Source: a virus
Taxonomy: Duplodnaviria; Heunggongvirae; Uroviricota; Caudoviricetes
Strand: one strand, 5' to 3'
IMG/VR virus record: IMGVR_UViG_2526164619_000012
Span: 1-28,225 of that record
DNA length: 28,225 bases
Below the pieces are notes generated by a model. It was not told the DNA's origin, did not search any database, and saw only the letters and a list, made by a program, of their open reading frames with translations. The position numbers were made by a program, and so were the translations under genes. Shown here one piece after another: positions 19,321 to 27,545 of the stretch (the first letter of the stretch is position 1; each line of letters starts with the position of its first letter).

Positions 19321-20197
19321 ATGATGACGTTTAACCTGCGTGAACAACAAAAAAGACTACAGGCGCGAATGGATGAGTTACGGGCAGAGATTGCATTTGC
19401 TCAGAAGGGCGAAAAGCCATGGCCTTATCGTTCCTGCCTGATGCGTGAAGGTCGCGGATATTGCGAAAAACATGGCGAATATCACACGCATATACTGGTG
19501 TGGAGCGATCGTAATGGCGAGGACAGAGAAAAAATTTCATGCTGCCCTGACTGCTTAATCGCTGAGGCCAACGATTTGACCATGGAGCTGTCGTCCATCA
19601 AGGCGGAAGAGCTGACTGATAACGCCGGAATTGCCCTGCGTTTTCGGGACTGCGAGTTTGATAATTATCTGGAGGTTAATCCTGACGCAGCCAGAAATCT
19701 TGCGGCCTGTCGCCGCTATGCGGAGAACTGGCCAGATATGCTGGAGAACGGTACCAGTCTTGTTATGACCGGCAGTTGTGGTACCGGAAAAATCATCTGG
19801 CTGTGGCTATGGCAAAACACATCATCCGTAACTATCTGGCCAGTGTGGAGATCACCGACGTGATGCGCCTTACCCGTGCTGTGAAAAATTGCTGGCGGAA
19901 TGACAGCGAAAAACAGCGGATGAAGTTATTGAGCGTTATGCGTCAATGGATTTGCTGATCATCGACGAAGTTGGCGTTCAGTTTGGCAGCGCGGCTGAAA
20001 TGGCTATTTTGCAGGAAATTATCAACGCCAGGTACGAAAGTATCTTGCCCACCATTCTGATCAGTAACCTCTCACCGGAAGAGTTGTGGGCGTTCATCAG
20101 TCCCCGAATTGCCGACAGGATCACAGACGGGGGACGCAACTGGTTGTCGTTTAACTGGCCCAGTTACCGTTCTCGTATCAGAGGTGTGGCTGCATGA
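19321..20197 (+). pseudogene. DnaC-like helicase loader (AAA+ ATPase) with two homopolymer frameshifts
   Basis: Walker A GSCGTGK[NHLAVAMA] and Walker B DLLIIDEVG are recovered only by shifting frame at the A5 runs at 19788-19792 and 19909-19913 (each reads correctly as A6). Confidence 0.75.
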
Positions 20198-21585
20198 CAA
20201 CTCCAGTATGGCGTAACGATGACCTTGAAGGCGCTGTCATCGGCGCGTTCTTTCTGCGCGGAGCAGATCCTGAAGTGATGGATATTCTGGCCACACTGCC
20301 AGCGGACGTTTTTTCTGTACGAGCGTATCAGGATATCTATACAGGCATCTGCAGACAGGCCCGTGTTTCAGGAGTGATTGACCCCGTGCTGTTGTGTAAT
20401 GAGATGCCGGAACTTGCCCCGGTGATTACTGATACCGGGCGTAAAACCTGGGTGAAGTCTTCACTGGAGCACTATGTTGCAGCGTTGCGGCGCAATGCCG
20501 CACTGCGCGATGCAGAAAAAACACTGAATGAGGCGCTGCAGAAATTACGTGATGCGCATACCTGTGAAGCAGCTGAAGATGCCCTGAAGGATGCGCAGAA
20601 CATGATGGTCACACTGTCGACAGGAAAGGGCGTCATTCAGCCGGTACATATTGATGATGTGCTTCCGGAAGTGGTTGAGCGTGTTGAATGCCGGAATCAG
20701 GGGCTGGAGAAATCCAGGACGTTGATGACCGGTATTGATGAACTGGACGCAAAAACAGGCGGTATGGAGCCCGGAGACCTGGTATTCATTGCCGCCCGTC
20801 CTTCGATGGGGAAAACCGAACTTGCGCTGGACATCATCGACAAGGTGACTGAGCAGGGGCATGGTGTGCTTCTGTTCACCATGGAGATGGCGAACATCCA
20901 GATTGGTGAACGTATGGTGTCTGCGGCTGGAGGGATGCCAGTATCACGCCTGAAATCTGTGGCTCACTTTGAAGATGAAGACTGGGCGCGTTTCTCACAA
21001 GGGGTGGGGCGGATGACCGGGCGCAATATCTGGATGGTGGACCAAGCGAACCTGGCCATTGATGAGATATGCGTAACAACGAAACACCACCTGATTAAAT
21101 ATCCGGAAACGGCGCTGGTGGTGGTTGATTATCTCGGGCTGATAAAAACCCGAACCACGGGGCGTCATGACCTTGCCGTGGGTGAAATCTCAAAGGGGCT
21201 TAAAGGCCTGGCAAAATCCGGTGGTTTTCCGTTGATTGCGCTGAGCCAGCTCTCCCGCGGTGTGGAGTCCAGACCCAATAAACGTCCCATGAACTCAGAC
21301 CTGAAAAATTCCGGAGAAATAGAGGCGGATGCAGACATCATTCTGATGCTTTACAGGGATGAAGTGTACAACCCGGATACGCAGGCCAGGGGCATCGCAG
21401 AAATCAATATCACGAAACAACGTAACGGTTCTCTGGGAACGATTTACCGGCGTTTTTATAACGGACATTTTCTGCCTGTGGACCAGGAAAGTGCACGGGT
21501 GCTTTCCACTCCCATGAAGCCCGGCAATCCGCGCAGATACAGTAATAAACGAACTGACAGCAGTAAGATGGAGCGTTTCTTTTGA
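20194..21585 (+). CDS. DnaB-like replicative DNA helicase
   Basis: 463 aa with a Walker A-like ARPSMGKTELALD and DnaB-family C-terminal motifs (...LIALSQLSRGVESRPNKRPMNSDLKNSGEIEADADIILMLYRDEVY...). Confidence 0.85.
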   Translation: MTTPVWRNDDLEGAVIGAFFLRGADPEVMDILATLPADVFSVRAYQDIYTGICRQARVSGVIDPVLLCNEMPELAPVITDTGRKTWVKSSLEHYVAALRRNAALRDAEKTLNEALQKLRDAHTCEAAEDALKDAQNMMVTLSTGKGVIQPVHIDDVLPEVVERVECRNQGLEKSRTLMTGIDELDAKTGGMEPGDLVFIAARPSMGKTELALDIIDKVTEQGHGVLLFTMEMANIQIGERMVSAAGGMPVSRLKSVAHFEDEDWARFSQGVGRMTGRNIWMVDQANLAIDEICVTTKHHLIKYPETALVVVDYLGLIKTRTTGRHDLAVGEISKGLKGLAKSGGFPLIALSQLSRGVESRPNKRPMNSDLKNSGEIEADADIILMLYRDEVYNPDTQARGIAEINITKQRNGSLGTIYRRFYNGHFLPVDQESARVLSTPMKPGNPRRYSNKRTDSSKMERFF

Positions 21586-21839
21586 ACAACCAGACAATGA
21601 CTTTTACCCCTGAACAATTGCGTAAACACGCGCAGGAAATGCTGCGTCATGCTGAACAACTCGAAAAAACGGGCATAACAAAAGACGCTATCCGTAAAGA
21701 TATGGTACCCGCGCTTCGGGAACTGATGCAGGCGAAGCATCGCGCACAGAAAGCAGTAGATGAGCTGGTGGACTGTGTGGCAGAGCTGGAAACCAGAGTC
21801 GGAAAGTTTGAAAAACTGGTGCAGGAGGTGCTGCGCTGA
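21582..21839 (+). CDS. Hypothetical small coiled-coil protein (nin-region position)
   Basis: 85 aa, translationally coupled to its neighbours (ATGA and TGATG overlaps); no family recognised. Confidence 0.45.
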   Translation: MNNQTMTFTPEQLRKHAQEMLRHAEQLEKTGITKDAIRKDMVPALRELMQAKHRAQKAVDELVDCVAELETRVGKFEKLVQEVLR

Positions 21840-22213
21840 TGCGCCATGAGTTTATTTTACCTTATCCGCCGACGGTGAATACTTACTGGCGACGTCGTGA
21901 CAACACATATTTTGTATCAAAAGCCGGTGAGCGTTATCGCCGGGATGTGGCGCTTATTGTCCGTCAGCAGCGACTGAAATTAAGCCTGTCCGGAAGACTG
22001 GCGATAAAGATTATTGCAGAGCCACCGGATAAGCGCCGTCGTGACCTGGACAATATCCTGAAAGCACCACTGGATGCACTGACACATGCGGGAGTGTTAA
22101 TGGACGATGAGCAGTTTGATGAAATCAATATCGTTCGTGGTCAGCCAGTATCTGGTGGACGTCTGGGGGTGAAGATTTACCCCATAATGCATGAAGAGCA
22201 GGTCAAAAAATGA
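21839..22213 (+). CDS. rusA: RusA Holliday junction resolvase
   Basis: 124 aa; ...PDKRRRDLDNILKAPLDALTHAGVLMDDEQ... matches the RusA catalytic region (...[30 protein letters not shown]...). Confidence 0.85.
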   Translation: MRHEFILPYPPTVNTYWRRRDNTYFVSKAGERYRRDVALIVRQQRLKLSLSGRLAIKIIAEPPDKRRRDLDNILKAPLDALTHAGVLMDDEQFDEINIVRGQPVSGGRLGVKIYPIMHEEQVKK

Positions 22214-23031
22214 AACTGGAAGATTTACCGAAATACTACTCCCCAAAATCCCCTTGCCTGACCGATGCATCGGCCTCAACGTCAAAAGATGCGCTGAGTA
22301 TCACTGATGTGATGGCCGCGCAGGGCATGACACAGAATCGGGCTGAGATGGGGTTTTCTGCGTTCCAGGGGAAAATGGGCATCAGTATGAATGACAGGGC
22401 GCGGGCAACAGAATTACTGGCAGATTATGCACTCAGTCGGTGCGATCGTGTGGCGGCGTTGAGAAAACTTCCGGCAGAAATAAAACCGGTAGTGATGCGC
22501 ATTATGGCTTCGTACGCTTTTGAGGATTATGCCCGCAGCGCAGCGAGTAAAAAGCAGTGCCCTTGTTGCTATGGGGAAAAATTTATTGAAAGCGTAGTTT
22601 TTACAAACAAGGTCCAGTATCCGGATGGTAAGCCGCCGGTATGGGCAAAGTGTACGAAAGGTGTGTATCCGTCTTACTGGGAAGAATGGAAAAAAGTCAG
22701 AGAGGTGGTAAAAGTTGCCTGTCCGGAGTGTGGCGGAAAGGGTGAGGTTTCCACCGCCTGTAAGGATTGCCGTGGGCGTGGTGTCGCCATTCATCGTGAA
22801 GAGTCGGTAAAACGTGGTATGCCTGTTATCAGAGACTGCCAGCGTTGTGGTGGTCGTGGCTATGAAAGACTACCATCAACGGAGGCATTTAATGCTATAT
22901 GCGAGGTGACAAACCAGATAACACGCGCGTCATGGGAAAAAACAGTTAAGAAATTCTATGATGCGCTGGTGACCCGGTTTGATATTGAAGAAGCATGGGC
23001 TGAGCGGCAGTTAAAAAAGGTAACTAGGTAA
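22210..23031 (+). CDS. Q: Late-gene antiterminator Q-like protein
   Basis: 273 aa in the position after rusA, with several CxxC pairs (CPCCYGE, CPECGG, CKDCRGRG, CQRCGGRG); followed by a promoter-terminator pair and tRNA genes as in Stx-type lambdoid phages. Confidence 0.7.
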   Translation: MKLEDLPKYYSPKSPCLTDASASTSKDALSITDVMAAQGMTQNRAEMGFSAFQGKMGISMNDRARATELLADYALSRCDRVAALRKLPAEIKPVVMRIMASYAFEDYARSAASKKQCPCCYGEKFIESVVFTNKVQYPDGKPPVWAKCTKGVYPSYWEEWKKVREVVKVACPECGGKGEVSTACKDCRGRGVAIHREESVKRGMPVIRDCQRCGGRGYERLPSTEAFNAICEVTNQITRASWEKTVKKFYDALVTRFDIEEAWAERQLKKVTR

Positions 23032-23035
23032 CAAG

Positions 23036-23063
23036 GTTGATTTTTCCGGAATCTGTGGTAAAT
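23036..23063 (+). promoter_or_regulatory. Candidate late promoter (PR'-like) downstream of Q
   Basis: -35 TTGATT (23036-23041), 16-bp spacer, -10 TAAATT (23058-23063); position analogous to lambda PR'. Confidence 0.3.
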
Positions 23064-23111
23064 TCGTCATAACTATGGGCGTTTTATGCCTGACGTTAGA
23101 AGAGTTTCTAC

Positions 23112-23135
23112 AACCCGCCGCCGAGCGGGTTTTTT
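23112..23135 (+). terminator. tR'-like rho-independent terminator
   Basis: Hairpin CCCGC-CGCCGA-GCGGG followed by TTTTTTATT, about 50 nt downstream of the candidate promoter. Confidence 0.5.
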
Positions 23136-23174
23136 ATTGCGGAATTAATTACGGACCGTTATTATTCTGCTCCC

Positions 23175-23250
23175 GGCCCTTTAGCTCAGTGGTGAGAGCG
23201 AGCGACTCATAATCGCCAGGTCGCTGGTTCAAATCCAGCAAGGGCCACCA
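23175..23250 (+). tRNA. tRNA-Ile2 (anticodon CAU, ileX/ileZ-like; Met by sequence)
   Basis: Acceptor stem GGCCCTT/AAGGGCC, anticodon loop CTCATAA, T-arm GGTTCAAATCC, 3' CCA; closely resembles E. coli ileX. Confidence 0.85.
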
Positions 23251-23349
23251 TCACAAACCGCCATTAGCTTATCAGGAAGAGCAGACGACACGATAACAGG
23301 GTTGTTGGTGCGGGGGCGGGTCCCCGATGGCGGTCCATTATCGGTATTC

Positions 23350-23426
23350 AGCGTTGTTAGCTCAGCCGGACAGAGCAATTGCCTTCTAAGCAATCGGTCA
23401 CTGGTTCGAATCCAGTACAGCGCGCC
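23350..23426 (+). tRNA. tRNA-Arg (anticodon UCU)
   Basis: GCGTTGTTAGCTCAGCCGGACAGAGC..CTTCTAAG..GGTTCGAATCC..CGCGCCA; argU/argO-like cloverleaf. Confidence 0.85.
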
Positions 23427-23598
23427 ATATTCATTCTTCCAGATTCCTTCCGGCAGAGCCTTATACTGAAATATACCTGGCTCAGGATATTGTTGAAAAT
23501 ATTTTATGTTTGTCAAAAATAAAAGTTCTGTTAAGTATTGATTGGTAATGCTGCCAACTTACTGATTTAGTGTATGATGGTGATTTTAAGGTGCTTGC

Positions 23599-23874
23599 AT
23601 GGCTTCCATTTCCATCAGATGTCCTTCCTGCTCCGCTACTGAAGGCGTGGTGCGTAACGGCAAAAGCACTGCCGGACATCAGCGCTATCTCTGCTCTCAT
23701 TGCCGTAAAACATGGCAACTACAGTTCACTTACACCGCCTCTCAGCCCGGTACGCACCAGAAAATCATTGATATGGCCATGAATGGCGTCGGATGCCGCG
23801 CCAGTGCACGCATTATGGGCGTTGGCCTCAACACGGTTTTACGTCACTTAAAAAACTCAGGCCGCAGTCGGTAA
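23599..23874 (+). CDS. insA: IS1 InsA
   Basis: 91-aa ORF identical to the other InsA copies. Confidence 0.9.
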   Translation: MASISIRCPSCSATEGVVRNGKSTAGHQRYLCSHCRKTWQLQFTYTASQPGTHQKIIDMAMNGVGCRASARIMGVGLNTVLRHLKNSGRSR

Positions 23875-24296
23875 CCTCGCGCATACAACCGGGCAGTGAT
23901 GTGATTGTCTGCGCTGAAATGGACGAACAGTGGGGCTACGTCGGTGCTAAATCACGTCAGCGCTGGCTGTTTTACGCGTATGACAGGATACGGAGGACGG
24001 TTGTGGCGCACGTCTTCGGTGAACGCACTCTGGCCACACTGGAGCGTCTTCTGAGCCTGCTGTCGGCCTTTGAGGTCGTGGTATGGATGACGGATGGCTG
24101 GCCGCTGTATGAATCACGCCTGAAGGGAAAGCTGCACGTTATCAGCAAGCGTTACACTCAGCGCATTGAGCGACATAATCTGAATCTGAGACAACATCTG
24201 GCAAGGCTGGGACGGAAGTCACTGTCGTTCTCAAAATCGGTGGAGCTGCATGACAAGGTCATCGGGCATTATCTGAACATAAAACACTATCAGTAA
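23793..24296 (+). CDS. insB: IS1 InsB
   Basis: 167-aa ORF; begins MPRQCT where the other copies have MSRQCT. Confidence 0.85.
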   Translation: MPRQCTHYGRWPQHGFTSLKKLRPQSVTSRIQPGSDVIVCAEMDEQWGYVGAKSRQRWLFYAYDRIRRTVVAHVFGERTLATLERLLSLLSAFEVVVWMTDGWPLYESRLKGKLHVISKRYTQRIERHNLNLRQHLARLGRKSLSFSKSVELHDKVIGHYLNIKHYQ

Positions 24297-24341
24297 GTTG
24301 GAGTCATTACCGTATTGATTGAGTGTTTGTTATACGGTCTA

Positions 24342-24668
24342 ATGGTTTTTTCAGCATTAAATATTTATCATTCATATGGTGTGGGTAGAGTGAATATTGA
24401 TGAGGCGTCGGGGTGTTTCATCCTTAGGCAGCGTATTGATATAGTCAATGCAGCACGAGCAAAGGCCTTCAGCCGTTTGACAGTTTTGTTCTGTACTCCT
24501 GATCGTCTTTCGGGAAGAGACGTTATTATTCTGAATAGTGATGCTATACAGAGGGTTTGCGATGAGTTCATGGTTGCTAATTCAGAATTATTTGCTCTTG
24601 TTCAGGAGTACAACAGAATAGCCAGGACCTGTGGTATGGATGAACTTCGGATTACTCATCTGGGGTAG
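24342..24668 (+). CDS. Hypothetical protein (about 107 aa) in the post-Q/tRNA cargo slot
   Basis: ORF with an in-frame TAA immediately upstream; first ATG at 24342 (MVFSALNIYHSYGVGRVNIDEASGCFILRQRIDIVNAARAKAF...); lower GC than the surrounding phage genes; no family recognised. Confidence 0.4.
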   Translation: MVFSALNIYHSYGVGRVNIDEASGCFILRQRIDIVNAARAKAFSRLTVLFCTPDRLSGRDVIILNSDAIQRVCDEFMVANSELFALVQEYNRIARTCGMDELRITHLG

Positions 24669-25063
24669 ATACATATCTGGATTATCACCTGTTACGGTAA
24701 AAAGTGATTGCTTACTGTTTTTGTGAATGGCATTGCAGCAGCCGGATAATGTCAGTGCTGGCTGACGGTGTGCTGGTGGCGGGTGTGGTAGTTGTTGCTT
24801 TCCCGTTGCTGAAAAAGAAAACGCCAGACTGTTAGCCGGGTATCAGTTAGCGGGAGAAATTTTTAAATACTTCACAATTCAGGCGGTTGACTGTTGTCTG
24901 GTTTGCGGGGAGTTTGTTAAAAGAAACTGGCATGGTGAATCCCCCTGTGCGGAGGGGCAATCAGCGAGTAGGTATATGGGATAATCGCGGATTCAGGTGC
25001 TGGTACTGAATTCACCGGGAGGCACCCGGCACCATGCAATGGCACATAGCGCCACTCTCCAGC

Positions 25064-25098
25064 CCCTCTCCGGAGGGGCTGTTTATATTGATTTTGTC
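25064..25098 (+). terminator. Candidate rho-independent terminator
   Basis: Hairpin CCCCTC-TCCG-GAGGGG followed by CTGTTTATATTGATTTT. Confidence 0.35.
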
Positions 25099-25115
25099 AG
25101 ATGTGAGTAAACTCC

Positions 25116-25451
25116 TTATGGACTTTGTTGTTTTAGTCCATAAGGACATATTTGCAGAGTGCAACGGTTATTAAAGCATTCATTCAATACGTTATCTGTA
25201 TTTGTAGGGCATTCCTGGCTGTTTTTGATTAAATTCCAGAATGTTTTATTGAATGGTACTACGTTATAAATGGTTACAGGTAGCACTTTGTTATTGAGCA
25301 TGATGCCTGTGTGAGTCAGTGTAAATATACTTTCAGGAGGTAAGAAAGCATCCGATTGATACCAGATTATTAATTTTATTTTACTCCATATGACTGAAAA
25401 AGATATTCCGCATGATGGCTGGATAACTGTATCAATCACAATCCACTTCAT
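25116..25451 (-). CDS. Hypothetical protein (111 aa) in an AT-rich island
   Basis: ATG at 25451 with an AAGGAAA ribosome-binding site; [34 protein letters not shown]...; markedly AT-rich codon usage; no family recognised. Confidence 0.45.
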   Translation of the reverse strand: MKWIVIDTVIQPSCGISFSVIWSKIKLIIWYQSDAFLPPESIFTLTHTGIMLNNKVLPVTIYNVVPFNKTFWNLIKNSQECPTNTDNVLNECFNNRCTLQICPYGLKQQSP

Positions 25452-25711
25452 TTAGTTTCCTTATTTATGCCTTGCTGGTGATGTTCTGAAAAGTATAAAT
25501 GATATTTTTGAATGTAAACCATAGAGCAGAATTATTTTTCTGATGTTGTTTATTGTTTATTTAAATGCAGGGTGGTTTATATCTCGTCTTGTAGTTTATC
25601 CATGCATATCTGCTTGATAATCAGGTTTTTATTTAAGGTATGGTTTTGTGTTTTTTCTGTATTACATGTCAGGTATTTTAAAGAATTATTTTTCAGATGG
25701 TGGAAAGAACC

Positions 25712-25900
25712 ATGGCATTTAAACACTATGATGTTGTCAGGGCGGCGCCGCCGTCAGATCTTGCGGAAAAGCTGACACATAAACTGAAAGAGGGCTGGCA
25801 GCCGTTTGGTAGTCCGGTGGCCATAACCCCTTATACCCTGATACAGGCGATTGCAGCAGAAGGTGATGTGGTGGTCAGTGGTGCAACTGAGCCGGAGTGA
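25712..25900 (+). CDS. Hypothetical small protein, possibly DUF1737-like
   Basis: ATG at 25712 with a GGAAAG ribosome-binding site; MAFKHYDVVRAAPPSDLAEKLTHKLKEGWQPFGSPV...; the YDV...PSDL...EGWQP pattern is reminiscent of DUF1737 as I recall it. Tentative. Confidence 0.35.
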   Translation: MAFKHYDVVRAAPPSDLAEKLTHKLKEGWQPFGSPVAITPYTLIQAIAAEGDVVVSGATEPE

Positions 25901-26104
25901 TACTACGTCATCGTACTGGCCCGGCATTCCAGGCCATAAAAGACAGTCTGGCAGTGGGACTAAATGCACTGACGCTGACGGATATTACCAAAAATGCAAC
26001 GTATGGCGTTGAGATAGAAAGTCTGGTGCTGGAGATAAATGCACCGGCATGAGGTGTACTGGCAATAGCGGACACTACCATTTGTTCTTTTTTTAAGCAG
26101 CCAT

Positions 26105-26911
26105 CTAATGATATTTTTCCCTGAAGGCTGCCGGGGAGATATTCCCCAGACGAGAGTGACGACGCTGACGATTGTAGAAAATCTCAATGTATTCCCGTAT
26201 TACTGAGATGGCTTCATCCCGGTTATTAAAACGATAGTGGCTCAGGCTCTCATTTTTCAGCGTTCCCCAGAAGCTTTCCATCGGAGCGTTGTCGTAACAG
26301 TTACCTTTACGCGACATTGATGTTTTCAGACCAGACTGCTCCTGTATGACCCGGTAATCGTATGCGCAGTACTGTGAACCTCGATCAGAGTGGTGGATTA
26401 GCCCGGCAGGTGGGCGCTGGCTCCTGAGCGCCATAAACAGGGCTTTACCTGTCAGCTCTTTTGTCATGCGCTCTCCCATGGCGTAGCCGACAATTTCGCA
26501 CGTATAAACATCTTTGATGCCAGCGAGGTACAACCATCCCTCCTGTGTGGCAACATACGTCAGGTCCGCCACCCAGACCTGATTTGGTGCTGTAGGAGCG
26601 AACGTCTGGTTCAGCAGATTTGGCGCAACTGGCAGATTGTGGTTCGGGTTCGTAGTCGCTCTGAACTTGCGTTTCTGCTTACAGCGTAGCCTTAGCTCCT
26701 TACGAAGACGTGCCAGTCGGTCACGACCAACGATGATGCCATTCTCTGCCAGCTCCGTCTGGAGCCGCCGGGTTCCATATGTTTCGCGAGTGCGGATATG
26801 TGCCACCTTAATCTCCAGTTTTAGCCGCTCATCACTTTGTTTTCTGTCTGAGGGTTCATGCTGTACCCAGTTGTAATAACCGCTCCTGGATACACCAAAT
26901 ACCTGACACAT
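26105..26911 (-). CDS. IS600 OrfB (transposase catalytic DDE part; expressed as an OrfAB frameshift fusion)
   Basis: 268-aa ORF with an IS3-family integrase core (...HSDRGSQYCAYDY...NCYDNAPMESFWGTLKNE...). Confidence 0.85.
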   Translation of the reverse strand: MCQVFGVSRSGYYNWVQHEPSDRKQSDERLKLEIKVAHIRTRETYGTRRLQTELAENGIIVGRDRLARLRKELRLRCKQKRKFRATTNPNHNLPVAPNLLNQTFAPTAPNQVWVADLTYVATQEGWLYLAGIKDVYTCEIVGYAMGERMTKELTGKALFMALRSQRPPAGLIHHSDRGSQYCAYDYRVIQEQSGLKTSMSRKGNCYDNAPMESFWGTLKNESLSHYRFNNRDEAISVIREYIEIFYNRQRRHSRLGNISPAAFREKYH

Positions 26912-26946
26912 CGCTTCAATGGGAAATTGTTGTCGCCATTGTTCGA

Positions 26947-27249
26947 TTAACGCGTATTTTTCAGCGACTCCTGTGCAAAATACGCTGTTGCTTTTTTTAA
27001 TATATCTCGCTCAAGGCGAGCTTCATTTAACGCCTTACGCAGTTGCAGAATTTCAGATTCCAGTTCAGCCACCGTGCGGGAACCAGGAGTACCGAGCCCT
27101 TTTCTGGCGGCGGTAACCCATTGTCCTAAAGTGCCTTCAGGAAGGGATAATCGGGAAGCGCCTTCACTGATCGAAAGTTGATTTTCAAGAACCGTTCTGA
27201 CAGCTTCGGCTTTGAACTCTTTAGAGTAACGTTGGTTTTTTCTGCTCAT
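26947..27249 (-). CDS. IS600 OrfA (transposase N-terminal helix-turn-helix part)
   Basis: 100 aa, MSRKNQRYSKEFKAEAVRTVLENQLSISEGASRLSLPEGTLGQWV... Confidence 0.85.
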   Translation of the reverse strand: MSRKNQRYSKEFKAEAVRTVLENQLSISEGASRLSLPEGTLGQWVTAARKGLGTPGSRTVAELESEILQLRKALNEARLERDILKKATAYFAQESLKNTR

Positions 27250-27500
27250 TATTAGCTCCTTCTGATGCCATTCTATTTCAGGAAGGAGTGTCCGTTAAAC
27301 TCAGGCTACCTCAGCATGCTGGTCACTTGCCGCAGGAGCTAATCCTAGTTTTATCGCAAGCCAGATGGGCCACACAAACGCACAAATGGTATTCAATGTT
27401 TACGGAGCATGGATGAAAGACAACAATCACGAACAGATAGAACTTCTTAACAGAAGACTATCTGAAAGTGTCCCATGCATGCCCCATAAGAAAGCGGGGT

Positions 27501-27545
27501 AAAATAAAAACTTGCAAAATCAATTGGTTTACCTTTAATCCCTGT
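27501..27545. other. Approximate prophage-host junction (att) inside the 5' end of mlrA
   Basis: MlrA-like coding sequence begins abruptly at about 27541 ([25 protein letters not shown]...); upstream sequence encodes only a partial mimic (SIGLPLI) with no start codon. Confidence 0.4.

Larger units (their letters stand above)
23544..24311 (+). mobile_element. IS1 (768 bp) with a 9-bp target site duplication
   Basis: IS1 ends plus insA and insB; direct repeat GTATTGATT at 23535-23543 and 24312-24320. Confidence 0.9.
26050..27313 (-). mobile_element. IS3-family insertion sequence, most likely IS600 (1264 bp), with a 3-bp target site duplication
   Basis: Imperfect terminal inverted repeats beginning TGAGGT at both ends; orfA and orfB in the -1 arrangement with an A7G slippery run near 26990-26999; direct repeat GCA at 26047-26049 and 27314-27316. 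Confidence 0.8.
25897..27500 (+). pseudogene. Small ORF of uncertain identity interrupted by IS600; C-terminal motif reminiscent of a tyrosine recombinase
   Basis: The frame is continuous across the IS600 insertion once the element and one GCA copy are removed (...LEINAPA|CWSLAAGANPSFIASQMGHTNAQMVFNVYGAWMKD...*). GH-x9-Y resembles an integrase/Cre C-terminus, but no upstream catalytic Arg box is present; lies next to the host junction. Confidence 0.3.

Noticed and set aside
23251-23349. A third tRNA between the two tRNA genes (Stx phages carry ileZ-argN-argO)
   Set aside because: The 99-bp spacer does not fold into a cloverleaf with acceptor and T-arm features; at most it is a degraded remnant.
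24941-25079. CRISPR array or REP elements suggested by the CCCCT...AGGGG hairpins
   Set aside because: Only two isolated, non-identical hairpins with no regular repeat-spacer periodicity.
24312-25900. Shiga toxin genes stxA/stxB downstream of Q and the tRNAs
   Set aside because: None of the ORFs resembles StxA or StxB (no signal peptide or toxin motifs as I recall them); the slot is occupied by unrelated sequence.
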